Positions 41,996 to 52,893 of a stretch of DNA of 64,000 nucleotides are shown piece by piece. This DNA comes from Nitrospirota bacterium. Its GTDB lineage: Bacteria; Nitrospirota; JACRHJ01. The position numbers and the translations under genes are program-made. The notes below the pieces were generated by a model, which searched no databases, was not told the origin of the DNA, and worked only from the letters and a program-made list of their open reading frames with translations. The DNA is taken from the NCBI GenBank assembly GCA_963733375.1, contig CAVTDB010000026.1:320001-384000 (forward strand), written 5' to 3'. Positions within the stretch are counted from its first letter, which is position 1. Each line of letters starts with the position of its first letter.

Positions 41996-42930
41996 GAAAA
42001 AAAACAAAGGAAACAAGAAGTTAGCGTGGCTTTTCGAGTACTGGTTAACCGTGGCCGTGGGCGGGGTTATAAACCTTCTTCCGTACTCGCTGGCATACAG
42101 GATGGGCGGGATTCTCGGTTCGGCCGTATTCAAAATTGATAAACGACATCAAACTGTTACGCTGGATAACTTAAGAAACAGCTTTAAGGATAAGAGCGAG
42201 GAAGAGATCCACGAAATTGCAAGGTCGGTTTTTCAAAATTTCGGCAAATCCGCAATCGAGTTCATAAGGTCGGAGAGATTTTTCAAAGACGGCATCGAGA
42301 AAAATTTCAGGATAATCAACATCGAAGCCTACGACCGGGCGCTCTCGAAAGGCAAGGGCTTGCTGCTTTTGACTGGCCACTGCGGAAGCTGGGAGCTTCT
42401 GGCCCTTGCGCAGTCGGTAAGGAAGCCGCCGTTCGGCGTGGTCGCGCGTCCGATGGACAACCCGTACATGGAAGAACTGGTCACAAAAATCCGCACCCGC
42501 TACGGGAACTTCATGATCGGTAAAAAATGGGGTCTACGGGAGATACTGAAAACGGTGTCCGAGGGCGGGACCGTGGGGATACTCCTCGACCAGAACGTGG
42601 CCCGCAAGGAAGGCGTTTTCGTGGACTTTTTCGGCAGGCCGGCCTGCACGAACAAAGGCCTGGCGTTAATAGCCGCGCGGACCAAGGCCCCGGTAATTAC
42701 CGCTTTTATAAGGCGGGTTGAACAGCGGGCTGCACGAGATACATATTGGAGATGAGTTGCCTCTTCTGGATACCGGCGACAAAGAGGCGGACATAATCGC
42801 GAATACGCAGGCATACACGAAGGCCATCGAAAATTTCATAAGGCAATATCCGGACCAGTGGTTCTGGGTGCACAGGCGGTGGAAGACGAGGCCCTTGGAG
42901 GCGCCGGCGGAGTATCCCGACAATGCGTGA
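41988..42930 (+). CDS. lipid A late acyltransferase (LpxL-like; indel near 42718)
   Basis: TGHCGSWE, LLDQ, VDFFG, YPDQWFWVHRRWK. Confidence 0.88.
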
Positions 42931-43948
42931 AAAGGTCCTCGTCCGAGCGACGAACTGGGTGGGCGACTTGGTCATGGCTACCCCGGCCCTGGCGGGTATA
43001 CGGAAAAGCTATCCGGAGGCCGAGATTACGGCTCTCGTGCGCCCTCCGCTGGATTTACTGCTTTTGGGAAACCCGGCGGTTGACCACGTCCTGCGGCTCG
43101 ACCGTAAGGGGAAGCACTCCGGCCCGCGCGGCTTGGCCAGCGCCGTCATGGAGATCAGGAAGCAAAAATTCAAGACCGCCATCCTCCTTCAAAATGCGTT
43201 CGAGGCGGCGCTTATCACGTTTATCGCCAATATCCCCGAGCGGATGGGGTACCGGACGGACGGCAGGGGAATACTCCTTACGAAGGGCGTAAAGGTATCG
43301 GCCGAGACGAAGAAAAAACATCAGGTTTTTTATTATCTCGACCTGCTCGAAAAACTGGGACTGAAAACAGCCGGTCACTATCCGAAACTTTACCTGTCGA
43401 AGGATGAGATAAATTCGGCACGGGAGCTTTTAAACTCACTCGATATAAAAAGAGGAGACACCGTAGTCGGCATAAACCCCGGTGCGCAGTACGGTGTCGC
43501 CAAAAAATGGCGCCCGGAGCGGTTCGGGCAGGTCGCCGATAAGCTGGCGAAGCATGCGGGCGCTAAAATAATCATCTTCGGCGGGCCAGCGGAACTGGAT
43601 ACCGCGAATGCGGTCCAGTCCTCGATGCGCGGGGGGGCGGTGAACCTTGCCGGGAAGACGGACCTCCGGGGTCTGATGGCGCTCATTAAAGCCTGCTCGC
43701 TGTTCATCACGAACGATACCGGACCGATGCATATCGCGTCGGCGCTGGACGTCCCGACGCTTGCGATATTCGGTTCGACGGACCCTGTGGCGACCGGGCC
43801 ATTGAATAAAAAATTCGCGGTCGTCCGGGAGCCGGTAACATGCAGCCCATGCTTTAAGAGGACCTGCCCGCATAAGCACTACAATTGCCTTGAGCGTGTG
43901 AGCGCGGCAAAGGTCCTGAAGACGGCGGAAGAGATGCTCGGCCTGTGA
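42923..43948 (+). CDS. waaF: LPS heptosyltransferase II
   Basis: NWVGDLVM, NPGA.YG.AK.W, NLAGKT.L, TNDTGPMH. Confidence 0.88.
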   Translation: MREKVLVRATNWVGDLVMATPALAGIRKSYPEAEITALVRPPLDLLLLGNPAVDHVLRLDRKGKHSGPRGLASAVMEIRKQKFKTAILLQNAFEAALITFIANIPERMGYRTDGRGILLTKGVKVSAETKKKHQVFYYLDLLEKLGLKTAGHYPKLYLSKDEINSARELLNSLDIKRGDTVVGINPGAQYGVAKKWRPERFGQVADKLAKHAGAKIIIFGGPAELDTANAVQSSMRGGAVNLAGKTDLRGLMALIKACSLFITNDTGPMHIASALDVPTLAIFGSTDPVATGPLNKKFAVVREPVTCSPCFKRTCPHKHYNCLERVSAAKVLKTAEEMLGL

Positions 43949-43952
43949 ATGG

Positions 43953-44010
43953 CCGTCATTCCTGCGAAGGCGGGAATCCAGGAATTTGTACGTTGTCATT
44001 CTGAGAGCGC
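43953..44010. repeat. GTCATTCC-type REP palindrome(s) at the left edge of an AT-rich insertion
   Basis: cgtcattcctgcgaaggcgggaatcca hairpin, then a second gtcattctgag half-site. A related sequence tgtcattccgagcgcagcg lies at 2951-2969. Confidence 0.6.
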
Positions 44011-44021
44011 CCGATAGGGAA

Positions 44022-44933
44022 ATGATGGACATTAAAATTGCATACAAAACAGAATATGGGGCGATGGTGCAAGGTAAAGCCGAAGACATATTAAATTCCG
44101 AAGCTGCTAAAAAATATCATAAGAAAGTTCAATTGATTTTTACGTCCCCCCCCTTTCCTTTAAATAGAAAAAAGAAATATGGTAATGAACAGGGTGAAGA
44201 ATATATAAAATGGTTTGCGAACTTTGCTCAAATTTTTAAAAAATTTTTAAAGGATGATGGATCTGTCGTTATTGAGATGGGCAATGCATGGGAGCCTGGT
44301 AAACCAGAAATGTCTACATTAGCCTTGAGAGCTCTTCTTGAATTCCTTGATAAGGGCAAATTTCACCTTTGCCAGCAATTCATTTGCCATAATCCAGCCC
44401 GTTTGCCGTCGCCCGCACAATGGGTGAATGTCGATAGAATTAGAGTAAAAGATTCTTTTACTCATATTTGGTGGATGTCACCTTCTGTACGACCACATGC
44501 TGATAATAGAAAAATTCTCAAAGAATATAGCCCCTCGATGTTAAAGCTACTGTCGTCACAAAAATATAATTCCGGTGCCCGACCATCTGAACATCATATT
44601 GGCAAGACATCTTTTCTTACAAATAATAATGGGGCAATTCCATCGAATGTTCTTACATTTTCAAACACGGTAGCCAGTGATTCCTATCAAAGGTATTGTC
44701 GTGAAAAAGGACTTCAATCACATCCGGCGCGTATGCCCGCCGGTCTGCCTGATTTTTTTATTAAATTTTTAACAAATCAAAAAAATCTAGTGATAGATCC
44801 ATTTGGAGGAAGTAACACAACTGGCGCTATAGCGGAAAGATTAAAAAGAAGATGGATTTCTATAGAACCGCAAGAAGAATATATTTTAGGGTTTAAAGGG
44901 CGCTTTAATTCATCCATAATTGAGGAATCCTAA
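44022..44933 (+). CDS. N4-cytosine DNA methyltransferase, beta class (M.PvuII-like)
   Basis: TSPPF catalytic motif precedes the DPFGGSNTTG SAM motif. NPARLPSP..WVN..RIRVKD and HPAR.P..LP.FFI as recalled for M.PvuII. AT-rich. Confidence 0.88.
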   Translation: MMDIKIAYKTEYGAMVQGKAEDILNSEAAKKYHKKVQLIFTSPPFPLNRKKKYGNEQGEEYIKWFANFAQIFKKFLKDDGSVVIEMGNAWEPGKPEMSTLALRALLEFLDKGKFHLCQQFICHNPARLPSPAQWVNVDRIRVKDSFTHIWWMSPSVRPHADNRKILKEYSPSMLKLLSSQKYNSGARPSEHHIGKTSFLTNNNGAIPSNVLTFSNTVASDSYQRYCREKGLQSHPARMPAGLPDFFIKFLTNQKNLVIDPFGGSNTTGAIAERLKRRWISIEPQEEYILGFKGRFNSSIIEES

Positions 44934-47207
44934 ATGACTTTAACTGAGTTTTATCAGGCGTTGCAAGATGCCTACAGTGTTGAGCAAGTGGAGGAAGCCA
45001 TTAAATCATTTGAAATGGCTCATATGGAGGCTGTGCAATGGGTGCCAGTGGGAAATCGGGAAAATAACAGAGGAACTATAGATGTTTCAGCGGATCCGGG
45101 GAGGTCATTAGTTGAGCGGTTAACAAACGGAATCGATGCCGTTCTAGAATCTGAATTTGAAAAACATAACGGCATTCCAGATTCTAGAAGCCCTAAAGAG
45201 GCGGCGTTTAATTGGTTAAATATTCCTCTTAATGGATTACACGAATTAACAACTCAACAACGACGGATTTTATCCCAAAATGTAATGATACGTATGTTGC
45301 CAGGGGAGGGAAAAGACAGTAGATTAATTGAGGTATTAGACCGTGGCGTAGGTTTAAAACCTGAGCAAATGTCGGAGACTATTTTAAGCCTGAATGCTAA
45401 TAATAAAATTCAAAAATATTATTTAGCCGGTACTTATGGTCAAGGTGGATCAAGCACTTTTTCCGTATCAAAATATACTTTAATAGCGAGTCATTATAAT
45501 AATTATCCAGCCGTGGGCTTTACGCTAGTTCGTTATCTGGATTTGCCTCCGGAACAATATAAAACTGGGCATTACGTTTATTTAACTTTAAATAATTCAA
45601 TCTTACAGATAGAATTTCCTTCGGGACAAGTACCAACTGGAACTCTAGTAAAACATTTTGGATTTGATCTAACAAAATACCCATCTCCTATTGGTCCGAA
45701 CAGTGTCTACGGTTTGTTGAACCAAGTCCTATTTGATCCAATCATTCCGATATGGTTCGATAACCAGGTTCATAATTGGCGTCGAGTTATAAAAGGATCA
45801 AGGAATGCTTTGAATGGTGCTATCGACGAAGGTGATGAAAATAAAAAAGGACCCACGCTAGATCACAATGTTCCATTGTTTTATATTTCATTAGGAGATT
45901 ATGGCAGAATAGGAATCGAATATTGGGTATTAGAAAAACCGAATCAAAATAATAAAAGGCCATCCGCCGCTTTTGTAAATCCAAATAAACCTATAATTCT
46001 AACCCTTTATGGTCAGAATCATGCGGAGTTACCATTAAGTATAATAAAAAAAGATGCAGAATTACCTTACCTATCGCAAAGATTAATATGCCATATAGAC
46101 TGTAATTCTCTTTCTCCACAAGCGAAAAGGCTATTATTCAGTTCAACACGTGAAGATGCAAGACGTGGAGCGGTCTATGAAATGATAGAACAGGAACTGC
46201 TAAAAGCATTAAAATCGGACGATGAATTAACGCGGCTGAATAAGGAAGCTAGAGAAAAAGATGTAGTCGAAAAAGATGCAACTGCTCTTCAGCAAATGCG
46301 TAAGGAAGTTTCGCGTCTTTTACATTTATATGGGGTAAGCGTTTCAGAGACGACAGGTAGAGAAATTAAAGGTGAGGGACCGGAAGCGGGAAAACCAAAA
46401 AAACCACGACAGCCTAAGCCCCCTTTGGAACCAATAGAAATTAATGAACCTCCGACTTATATAAAAATAAAATGGGCGGGTGATACTATAGAATTTTATC
46501 CCGGACAACGAAGATATATCCGGATAGAAACGGATGCGAATAGCAATTATCATAATCCTAACAATCCATCTGAGTCCCGGCTAAATATTATAGTTAGCGA
46601 TGCATCGATAAAATTATGTGGTTCCACATTTCTTCAAAGCGGACGGATGAGAATGATTTTCGAAGCCAATCAGGCCGCCACAATAGGGAGCAATGGAGTA
46701 ATCAGAGTAGAATTAATGCGTCAAGGATTGCCAATATTATCCGACGAAAAAGAGTTTGAAATAGTAGTAATGCCACAAGTTACAGCAAGTAATCAACAAT
46801 CTACCGTGCCTCAATTTGAGATTCATCCTGTGAGTCCGGAAGATGATTTATGGATGACGCTTGATTGGCCGGACAATACTGATTTGGTTGCTTCGTCGGC
46901 TTTAATGGACAATGGCAGATTAAACATATATTATTCTACTGTGTTTCCAACGTATAAAAATCAATTATCTACTTTTGAAAGGCGTGACCCAACAATTGCC
47001 AATTCTTTCACAAATAGATATGAAATATGGTTAGCAGTGCATTCATTACTTTATTTTCAAGATCAGGAATCTTCTGAGCAGAAAGATTCAGACGGAGCCA
47101 TAGAAATAGCTGAAATTAAAGAACGTCAAGAACGTTGCAGAATAGCAAGGATGGCTGTCCTTTTTGCCTCTAGAGAAATTCAGCTTCCTGCAATGGTAGA
47201 CGATTAA
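44934..47207 (+). CDS. GHKL (MORC/MutL/Hsp90-like) ATPase domain protein
   Basis: Bergerat motifs LVERLTNGIDA, VLDRGVG and GTYGQGG. Intact 757-aa AT-rich ORF abutting the MTase stop codon. Confidence 0.75.
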   Translation: MTLTEFYQALQDAYSVEQVEEAIKSFEMAHMEAVQWVPVGNRENNRGTIDVSADPGRSLVERLTNGIDAVLESEFEKHNGIPDSRSPKEAAFNWLNIPLNGLHELTTQQRRILSQNVMIRMLPGEGKDSRLIEVLDRGVGLKPEQMSETILSLNANNKIQKYYLAGTYGQGGSSTFSVSKYTLIASHYNNYPAVGFTLVRYLDLPPEQYKTGHYVYLTLNNSILQIEFPSGQVPTGTLVKHFGFDLTKYPSPIGPNSVYGLLNQVLFDPIIPIWFDNQVHNWRRVIKGSRNALNGAIDEGDENKKGPTLDHNVPLFYISLGDYGRIGIEYWVLEKPNQNNKRPSAAFVNPNKPIILTLYGQNHAELPLSIIKKDAELPYLSQRLICHIDCNSLSPQAKRLLFSSTREDARRGAVYEMIEQELLKALKSDDELTRLNKEAREKDVVEKDATALQQMRKEVSRLLHLYGVSVSETTGREIKGEGPEAGKPKKPRQPKPPLEPIEINEPPTYIKIKWAGDTIEFYPGQRRYIRIETDANSNYHNPNNPSESRLNIIVSDASIKLCGSTFLQSGRMRMIFEANQAATIGSNGVIRVELMRQGLPILSDEKEFEIVVMPQVTASNQQSTVPQFEIHPVSPEDDLWMTLDWPDNTDLVASSALMDNGRLNIYYSTVFPTYKNQLSTFERRDPTIANSFTNRYEIWLAVHSLLYFQDQESSEQKDSDGAIEIAEIKERQERCRIARMAVLFASREIQLPAMVDD

Positions 47208-47209
47208 TT

Positions 47210-47779
47210 ATGACTTCACGCGCGGTATTCCTTGACCGGGACGGGACGATAAACGAGGAGATCGGATACCTGTCCGACCCTGAGCAGGTCGCGCTGATAC
47301 CGGGCGCGGCGGAGGCGCTCGTCCGGCTGAAAAGTGCCGGGTTTATGCTGGTAGTCGTCAGCAACCAGTCCGGGGTGGCGAGGGGGCTTTTTACGGAGGA
47401 TGAGCTGCATAAGGTCAACCTGAAGCTCTCAAACCTTCTGGAGCAAAAAGGGGCTTCGGTCGACGCGTATTATTTCTGTCCGCACCACCCGCGCCACGGC
47501 GAGATGCTTGAGTGCGAATGCAGGAAGCCGAAAACCGGGATGGCCGTAAGCGCCTCGGAGAAGTTCGGCATAGACCTCTCGCGCTCGTACTTCGTGGGGG
47601 ACAAGGCCACGGACATAGAGCTTGGCGTAAACGCCGGGGGGAAGACGGTGCTCGTCCTGACGGGCTTCGGCAACGGAGAAAAGGCCCTGCTTAAAGAGAA
47701 GGGGATAGAGCCGGACATGGTCTCGGCGAACCTCCCGGAGGCGGCTGATTGGATAATCGGCGACTCAAAAAAGTCCTGA
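47210..47779 (+). CDS. gmhB: heptose 1,7-bisphosphate phosphatase
   Basis: FLDRDGTIN, NQSGVARG, CPHHP, C.CRKP..GM, VGDK. Confidence 0.93.
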   Translation: MTSRAVFLDRDGTINEEIGYLSDPEQVALIPGAAEALVRLKSAGFMLVVVSNQSGVARGLFTEDELHKVNLKLSNLLEQKGASVDAYYFCPHHPRHGEMLECECRKPKTGMAVSASEKFGIDLSRSYFVGDKATDIELGVNAGGKTVLVLTGFGNGEKALLKEKGIEPDMVSANLPEAADWIIGDSKKS

Positions 47780-48807
47780 TAATAAAGCCGAGTTCGCTGG
47801 GGGATATAATCCATGCCCTGCCGGTCGCGGCGGCGCTGAAAAAGGCGGTACCCGGGGTCCGGGTGGACTGGGCGGTCTTTAAGGCGTATGAGCCGGTACT
47901 CAGCGGCCATCCCGCGATAACAAACGTTATCGCCTTCGACAGGTCGAAGAGCGGGTGCGGCGAACTGTCGAGGTTTATAAAGGCGCTGAGGGCCGAGGAG
48001 TACGACGCGGCGATAGACCTCCAGGGGCTTCTCCGGAGCGGGATTATAATTTTTGCGTGCAGGGCCGGGGAGAAAATCGGCCTCCGGAACGCGCGGGAGG
48101 GCGCTCATTTTTTTTATAATAAAAAAATCCCCGTGCCGGACCCTGAAATGCACGCCGTGGACCGCTACCTTCTCACTTTAGGGGCTTTCGGCATTCCGGC
48201 GCCCGAGACGCCGGAATTCAATATCCCGGCCGGCCGGGAAGACTTAATCGAGGCGGGCCGCGTTTTAAAAGACGCGGGCATAAACGAAGGCGAGGAATTC
48301 ATAGCTATCGCGCCCTCGGCGAGATGGATTACCAAGCGGTGGCCCGCGGAAAATTTCGTCCGCCTCGCCCTGGCGCTTAAGGAAAGAAAGGGGCTGAAAT
48401 ACATCTTTATCGGGAGCGCGGATGAAGCGGGCGTGATGTCCGCATTTGAAGACCGTGCGGGCCGTGAGAGCCTCGCTTTCGGAAAGACGTCTCTGAAAGG
48501 CCTTGCGGCGTTACTCGGCAAAGCAAGGCTTATGATAACCAACGACTCCGGTCCAATGCACATTGCGGCGGCAGTCGGTACGGACGTGCTGGCGATATTC
48601 GGCCCGACAATTCCGGAACGCACAGGCCCTTATGGAAGCGGCCACAGGGTAATCACCTCCGGCGCGCCCTGCGCTCCGTGTTTAAGGAAGGAATGCACGG
48701 ACACAAAACGCGATATGCGGTGCATGAAGGAGATTACGGTCGAAGACGTCCTCCATACGGCGGAGGAGATGCTGGAGGGAAAAGATGATAAGCAAGGAAC
48801 TGCTTGA
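47749..48807 (+). CDS. waaC: LPS heptosyltransferase (GT9, WaaC-like)
   Basis: IIKPSSLGDIIH.LP, IDLQGLLRS, HAVDR, NDSGPMH, FGPT. Confidence 0.75.
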   Translation: MDNRRLKKVLIIKPSSLGDIIHALPVAAALKKAVPGVRVDWAVFKAYEPVLSGHPAITNVIAFDRSKSGCGELSRFIKALRAEEYDAAIDLQGLLRSGIIIFACRAGEKIGLRNAREGAHFFYNKKIPVPDPEMHAVDRYLLTLGAFGIPAPETPEFNIPAGREDLIEAGRVLKDAGINEGEEFIAIAPSARWITKRWPAENFVRLALALKERKGLKYIFIGSADEAGVMSAFEDRAGRESLAFGKTSLKGLAALLGKARLMITNDSGPMHIAAAVGTDVLAIFGPTIPERTGPYGSGHRVITSGAPCAPCLRKECTDTKRDMRCMKEITVEDVLHTAEEMLEGKDDKQGTA

Positions 48808-48952
48808 AATCCTGGCATGCCCGAAGTGCAAGGGAGATATCCGGCTGACCGAAAACGGCGACGGCCTTGTCTGCGATGCGTGCAAGCTGAAATACCCGGT
48901 AAAAGACGGCATACCCGTGATGCTAATCGACGAGGCGGAGAAGCTTTCATAA
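48785..48952 (+). CDS. Trm112-family (UPF0434) small protein, not in ORF track
   Basis: MISKELLEILACPKCKG...LVC..C...YPVKDGIPVMLIDEA. Confidence 0.9.
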   Translation: MISKELLEILACPKCKGDIRLTENGDGLVCDACKLKYPVKDGIPVMLIDEAEKLS

Positions 48953-49709
48953 ATGACCGCCCTGTCAGTCGTCGTCATCACGCTGAACGAAGAAAAAAAT
49001 ATCAGGGAGGCGCTTGACAGCGCGTCTTTCGCGGACGAGGTGGTGGTGCTGGACTCCTTCAGCACGGATGGGACGCCGGAAATTTGCAGGGGGTTCACGG
49101 ATAAGGTCTTTCAGGAAGAGTGGCGCGGTTTCTCCGGCCAGAAACAGCGGGCGGTAGATCTGGCCGGAAACGATTGGGTATTCATCCTGGACGCGGACGA
49201 GCGGATAACGCCCGGTCTTGCCGAGAGAGATAAAGAGGCTTATGGAGGCCGGGCCGGATAAGCCCGGATATTACTGCCCGCGCAGGAACCACTTCATGGG
49301 CAGGGAGATAAGACACGGCGGCTGGTATCCGGACTACTCCGTCCGCCTTTTCGACAGGAGGCGGGGACGGTTTAAAGAGCGGGCCGTGCATGAAGCCGTG
49401 AAGCTGGACGGGGAGGCAGGGTATTTAAAAAACCCCATGCTCCATTTCACCTACGACAGCGTTTCGGATTACCTCCGGAGGATGGATAAATACTCGACCC
49501 TCGCTGCACAGGAGTTGAGGAAGGGCGGCCGGAAGGCAAGTATTGCCGATATGATTTTCAGGCCGCAAGGAACTTTTTTGAAGATGTTCTTCCTGAAGAG
49601 GGGCTTCCTGGACGGGATATACGGGTTTCTGCTTGCGGGGCTGTACTCTTTTTACGTTTTTTCAAAATACGCGAAGCTCCTTGAAATGCAGCTGAAAGAT
49701 AAGAAGTAG
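48953..49709 (+). CDS. GT2 glycosyltransferase (KdtX/WaaE-like; indel near 49225)
   Basis: LSVVVITLNEE, DSFSTD.T, LDADE, GGWYPD, VHE. Confidence 0.88.
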
Positions 49710-49712
49710 CCG

Positions 49713-50776
49713 ATGGGCAAGGTCAAGCTGGAAAAGGCAAAGAGGGTCCTGGTCATAAAGCTCAGGCATATCGGAGACGTCCTGATGATGACCCCGATGC
49801 TTCGCGCACTGAAAGACGCCATGCCGGAGGCTGAAATAACCGCCGTGGTCCCTGACGGGATGGAGGACCTGCTGGCATCCAACCCCTGCGTCAATGAAGT
49901 CCTCACGTTCACCAAGGGGAGCGGGTTGATGAAGGATTTAAGTCTCCTGAAATCGCTCCGTGACAAAAAATTTGACATCGCGATTAACATGACCGAAGGC
50001 GACAGGGGCGCCGTAATGTGCCTGGCTTCCGGGGCGAAGATAAGGATTGGAGCGGACCCGAAAGGAAAAGGCTTTTGGGGCAAGGGCCGGCTTTTCACCA
50101 GCCTCGTCCCCCAGATATGGGACAGGCACCGGGCGCTGATGGACCTGGAGATGGTCGGACCGCTTGGAATCGAGCCGGCAAATCAGAAGCTGGAGCTTTA
50201 TACATCCAGAAATGACGACGAATATGTCCGGGGACTGCTCGCGGACCAGGGGATAAAGGATGACGAGCCGATAGCCACGGTGCATCCGACCTCCCGCTGG
50301 CTGTTCAAGTGCTGGAACGATAAATCAGTCGCCAAAGTTATCGATTACCTTCAGGCAAAGGGTCTAAGGGTGATAATGACCTCCGGTCCGGACAAAAAAG
50401 AGACGGAGAAGGCGACGCATATCGCATCACTTGCCAAGGCACTCCGCCCATAGACTTAACCGGCCTTTTGACCCTGGGGCAGCTCGCTTCGCTCCTTAAG
50501 ATGAGCAGGCTGTTCTTCGGAGTGGATTCCGCGCCGATGCACATGGCGGCGGCGGTCGGGACGCCGGTAGTCGCACTTTTCGGACCATCGGACTACAAGG
50601 TCTGGGCGCCGTTTACGGATAAGGCGCGCGTGGTGATGAAGAAGGATATGTTTCCCTGCCTGCCATGCCGGAAGGACGGCTGCGGCGGGAGCAAAAAAAG
50701 CGACTGCCTGGAAGCCATAACGGTGCAGGAGGTCGTCTGTGCGATAGAAGAACTGCTGGGGTCATGGGACAAGTGA
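49713..50776 (+). CDS. waaQ: LPS heptosyltransferase III-like GT9 (indel near 50447)
   Basis: VIKLRHIGDVL..TP, HPTSRWLFKCW, GVDSAPMH.AAA. Confidence 0.75.
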
Positions 50777-51889
50777 TAAACGTCTTAAGCCTTTTTGCAA
50801 CTATGCCGGTCGGAGGGGCGGAGATATTCTGGCTGAACGTCCTGCAGAAGATCGACCGCTCCCGGTTCAACCCGATCACCTGCTGCATTGCCGACAAGGG
50901 GATAATCGGGGAGAGAATAGAGGCGCTGGGTTTCGAAGTCATTGCGCTCGGCCGGATGAAGAAAAAGAGCTTTGACATGGGCGCTGTCAGAGAAATAAAA
51001 AAGATCATTTGCCGAACGTAAAATAAACATACTCCACATGCACCTCTATCATGCGGGACTGTACGGCAGGATCGCGGCCATGCTCTCGCCTCCCGCCGTC
51101 AGGCCAAAATGCGTGCTCCAGGTCCAGAACGTCTATTCGAAACTGAAGCCTCACCGGGTCCTGATGAACAGGTTCCTTGCTCATTCTACCGACGCCGTCA
51201 TCGCGGTATCCGAGCCGGTAAAAAAAGACGTCGTAAGCACGATAAATTCCAGCCGGAGAAAGTCGCGGTAATACCGAACTGTATCGATTACGAGAGGATG
51301 CAGACCGGCCTGACGATGGAAGAGGCCAGGGAGCGGCTTGGGCTTTCAAAAAAGGGGGTCCTGATCGGTACGGTCGGACGTTTAGTCGAGGCGAAAGGAC
51401 AGTCGTATCTGATCGAAGCCTTGTCAATCCTTAAAAAACAAGGGACCGAGGCCAAAGCCATGCTTATAGGCGGCGGCAGGCTTGAAGGGGCGTTGAAGGA
51501 ACACGCATCTTCGCTGGGAATAGCGGACGATATAATCTTCATGGGAGAGAGGCACGACATGCCTGTCCTTTACAGGGCCATGGACCTGTACGTTATGCCC
51601 TCCCTGTGGGAAGGGGCGCCCCTTTCCCTGCTGGACGCCATGGCGGCGGGCGTGCCCTCTGTCGTGACCTCCGTGGGCGGAATGCCTGAGCAGCTTAGAC
51701 GAAGGCTCCTGCGGGATGATAGTGCCTCCGGGCGACCCGGCGGCGCTTGCCGGGGCGATATCCGGCCTTATCGGGGATGACGCGCTTATGAAAGGGTACT
51801 CCTCCCGCGCCAAGGCGCGCGCCAGTGAATACTATGGGAGCGCGAGCGTCACTAAAAAAGTCGAAGAGATTTATCTAAGCCTCCGATGA
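50764..51889 (+). CDS. GT4 glycosyltransferase (several indels)
   Basis: GGAE, IAVS..V, VGRL..KG, PSLWEG.P...LDAMAAG. Confidence 0.85.
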
Positions 51890-52893
51890 AAAAATTCGAT
51901 ATAGCTTTCGTAGTCCATAAGAAAGAGGACCCCAACAGCCGCCTCAGGATATATCCGGTCGCCCATGAAATGCGCAAAAGAGGCTGGCGCTGCGATGTCC
52001 GCGACGTGCCCAGGAGTTTAATGGGCAGGGTGCGCCTTTTCCTGCAACTCACGAGGACTGACGTCATCGTGTTGCACAAAAAGCTTTTCAACCCGCTCGA
52101 AGTGCGCCTGTTGAAGGCCCTCCGGAAGAGGATAATATTCGATTTTGACGATGCGATAATGTATACGGAGGCCAGGCGCAACCAGCCGATGACCGATAAA
52201 TTCACCGGCCGGTTCAGGAAGATAATGGAGATATCGGAAGCAGCCGTGGCCGGGAACGAGTACCTGGCAAACGAGGCGAAAAAGCACTGCCGGAGGGTAG
52301 AGATAATGACGACTCCGGTAGACGTAAAATTATATACTCCAGCCGCGCCGGAGAATAAAAAGAACGAAGTGGTGATAGGCTGGATAGGCCTGCCGGGAAA
52401 CCTTTTCTACCTCGATGCCCTGGCCCCGGTATTTCAAAACCTCGCCCGGAAATTTCCCGACATAGCCCTTTCAGTCGTATGCAGCGATTTCCCCGATATT
52501 GAAGGGGTCAAGATAAATAAAAGAGTCTGGAGCATAGAGAGCGAGCTGGAGTTCCTGCGCGAGATGGATATCGGGCTTATGCCGCTGACTGACGATATAT
52601 GGAGCAGGGGCAAGTGCGGGTTCAAGATACTCCAGTATTTCTCGGTGGGCGTGCCGGTGGTGGCATCCCCCGTGGGCATAAACAGCGACATCGTGGAACA
52701 CGGCGTGAACGGGTTCCTTGCCGGAACGAATGAGGAATGGGAGTCGAGCCTGGCTGAGCTGATTGCCGATGCCTCGCTTAGAAAAAAGATGGGGGCCGAA
52801 GGACGGAAGACGGTTGCGGAAAGATACTCCCGCGAAGGCTACCTGAAAAGATATGTATCCCTGATTGAAGAGGTCGTTACCGCCTCTTCCTGA
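51886..52893 (+). CDS. GT4-like glycosyltransferase
   Basis: FDFDDAI, IGWIG, DIGLMPL, GKCGFK.LQY, PVVASPVG. Confidence 0.88.
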   Translation: MKKFDIAFVVHKKEDPNSRLRIYPVAHEMRKRGWRCDVRDVPRSLMGRVRLFLQLTRTDVIVLHKKLFNPLEVRLLKALRKRIIFDFDDAIMYTEARRNQPMTDKFTGRFRKIMEISEAAVAGNEYLANEAKKHCRRVEIMTTPVDVKLYTPAAPENKKNEVVIGWIGLPGNLFYLDALAPVFQNLARKFPDIALSVVCSDFPDIEGVKINKRVWSIESELEFLREMDIGLMPLTDDIWSRGKCGFKILQYFSVGVPVVASPVGINSDIVEHGVNGFLAGTNEEWESSLAELIADASLRKKMGAEGRKTVAERYSREGYLKRYVSLIEEVVTASS

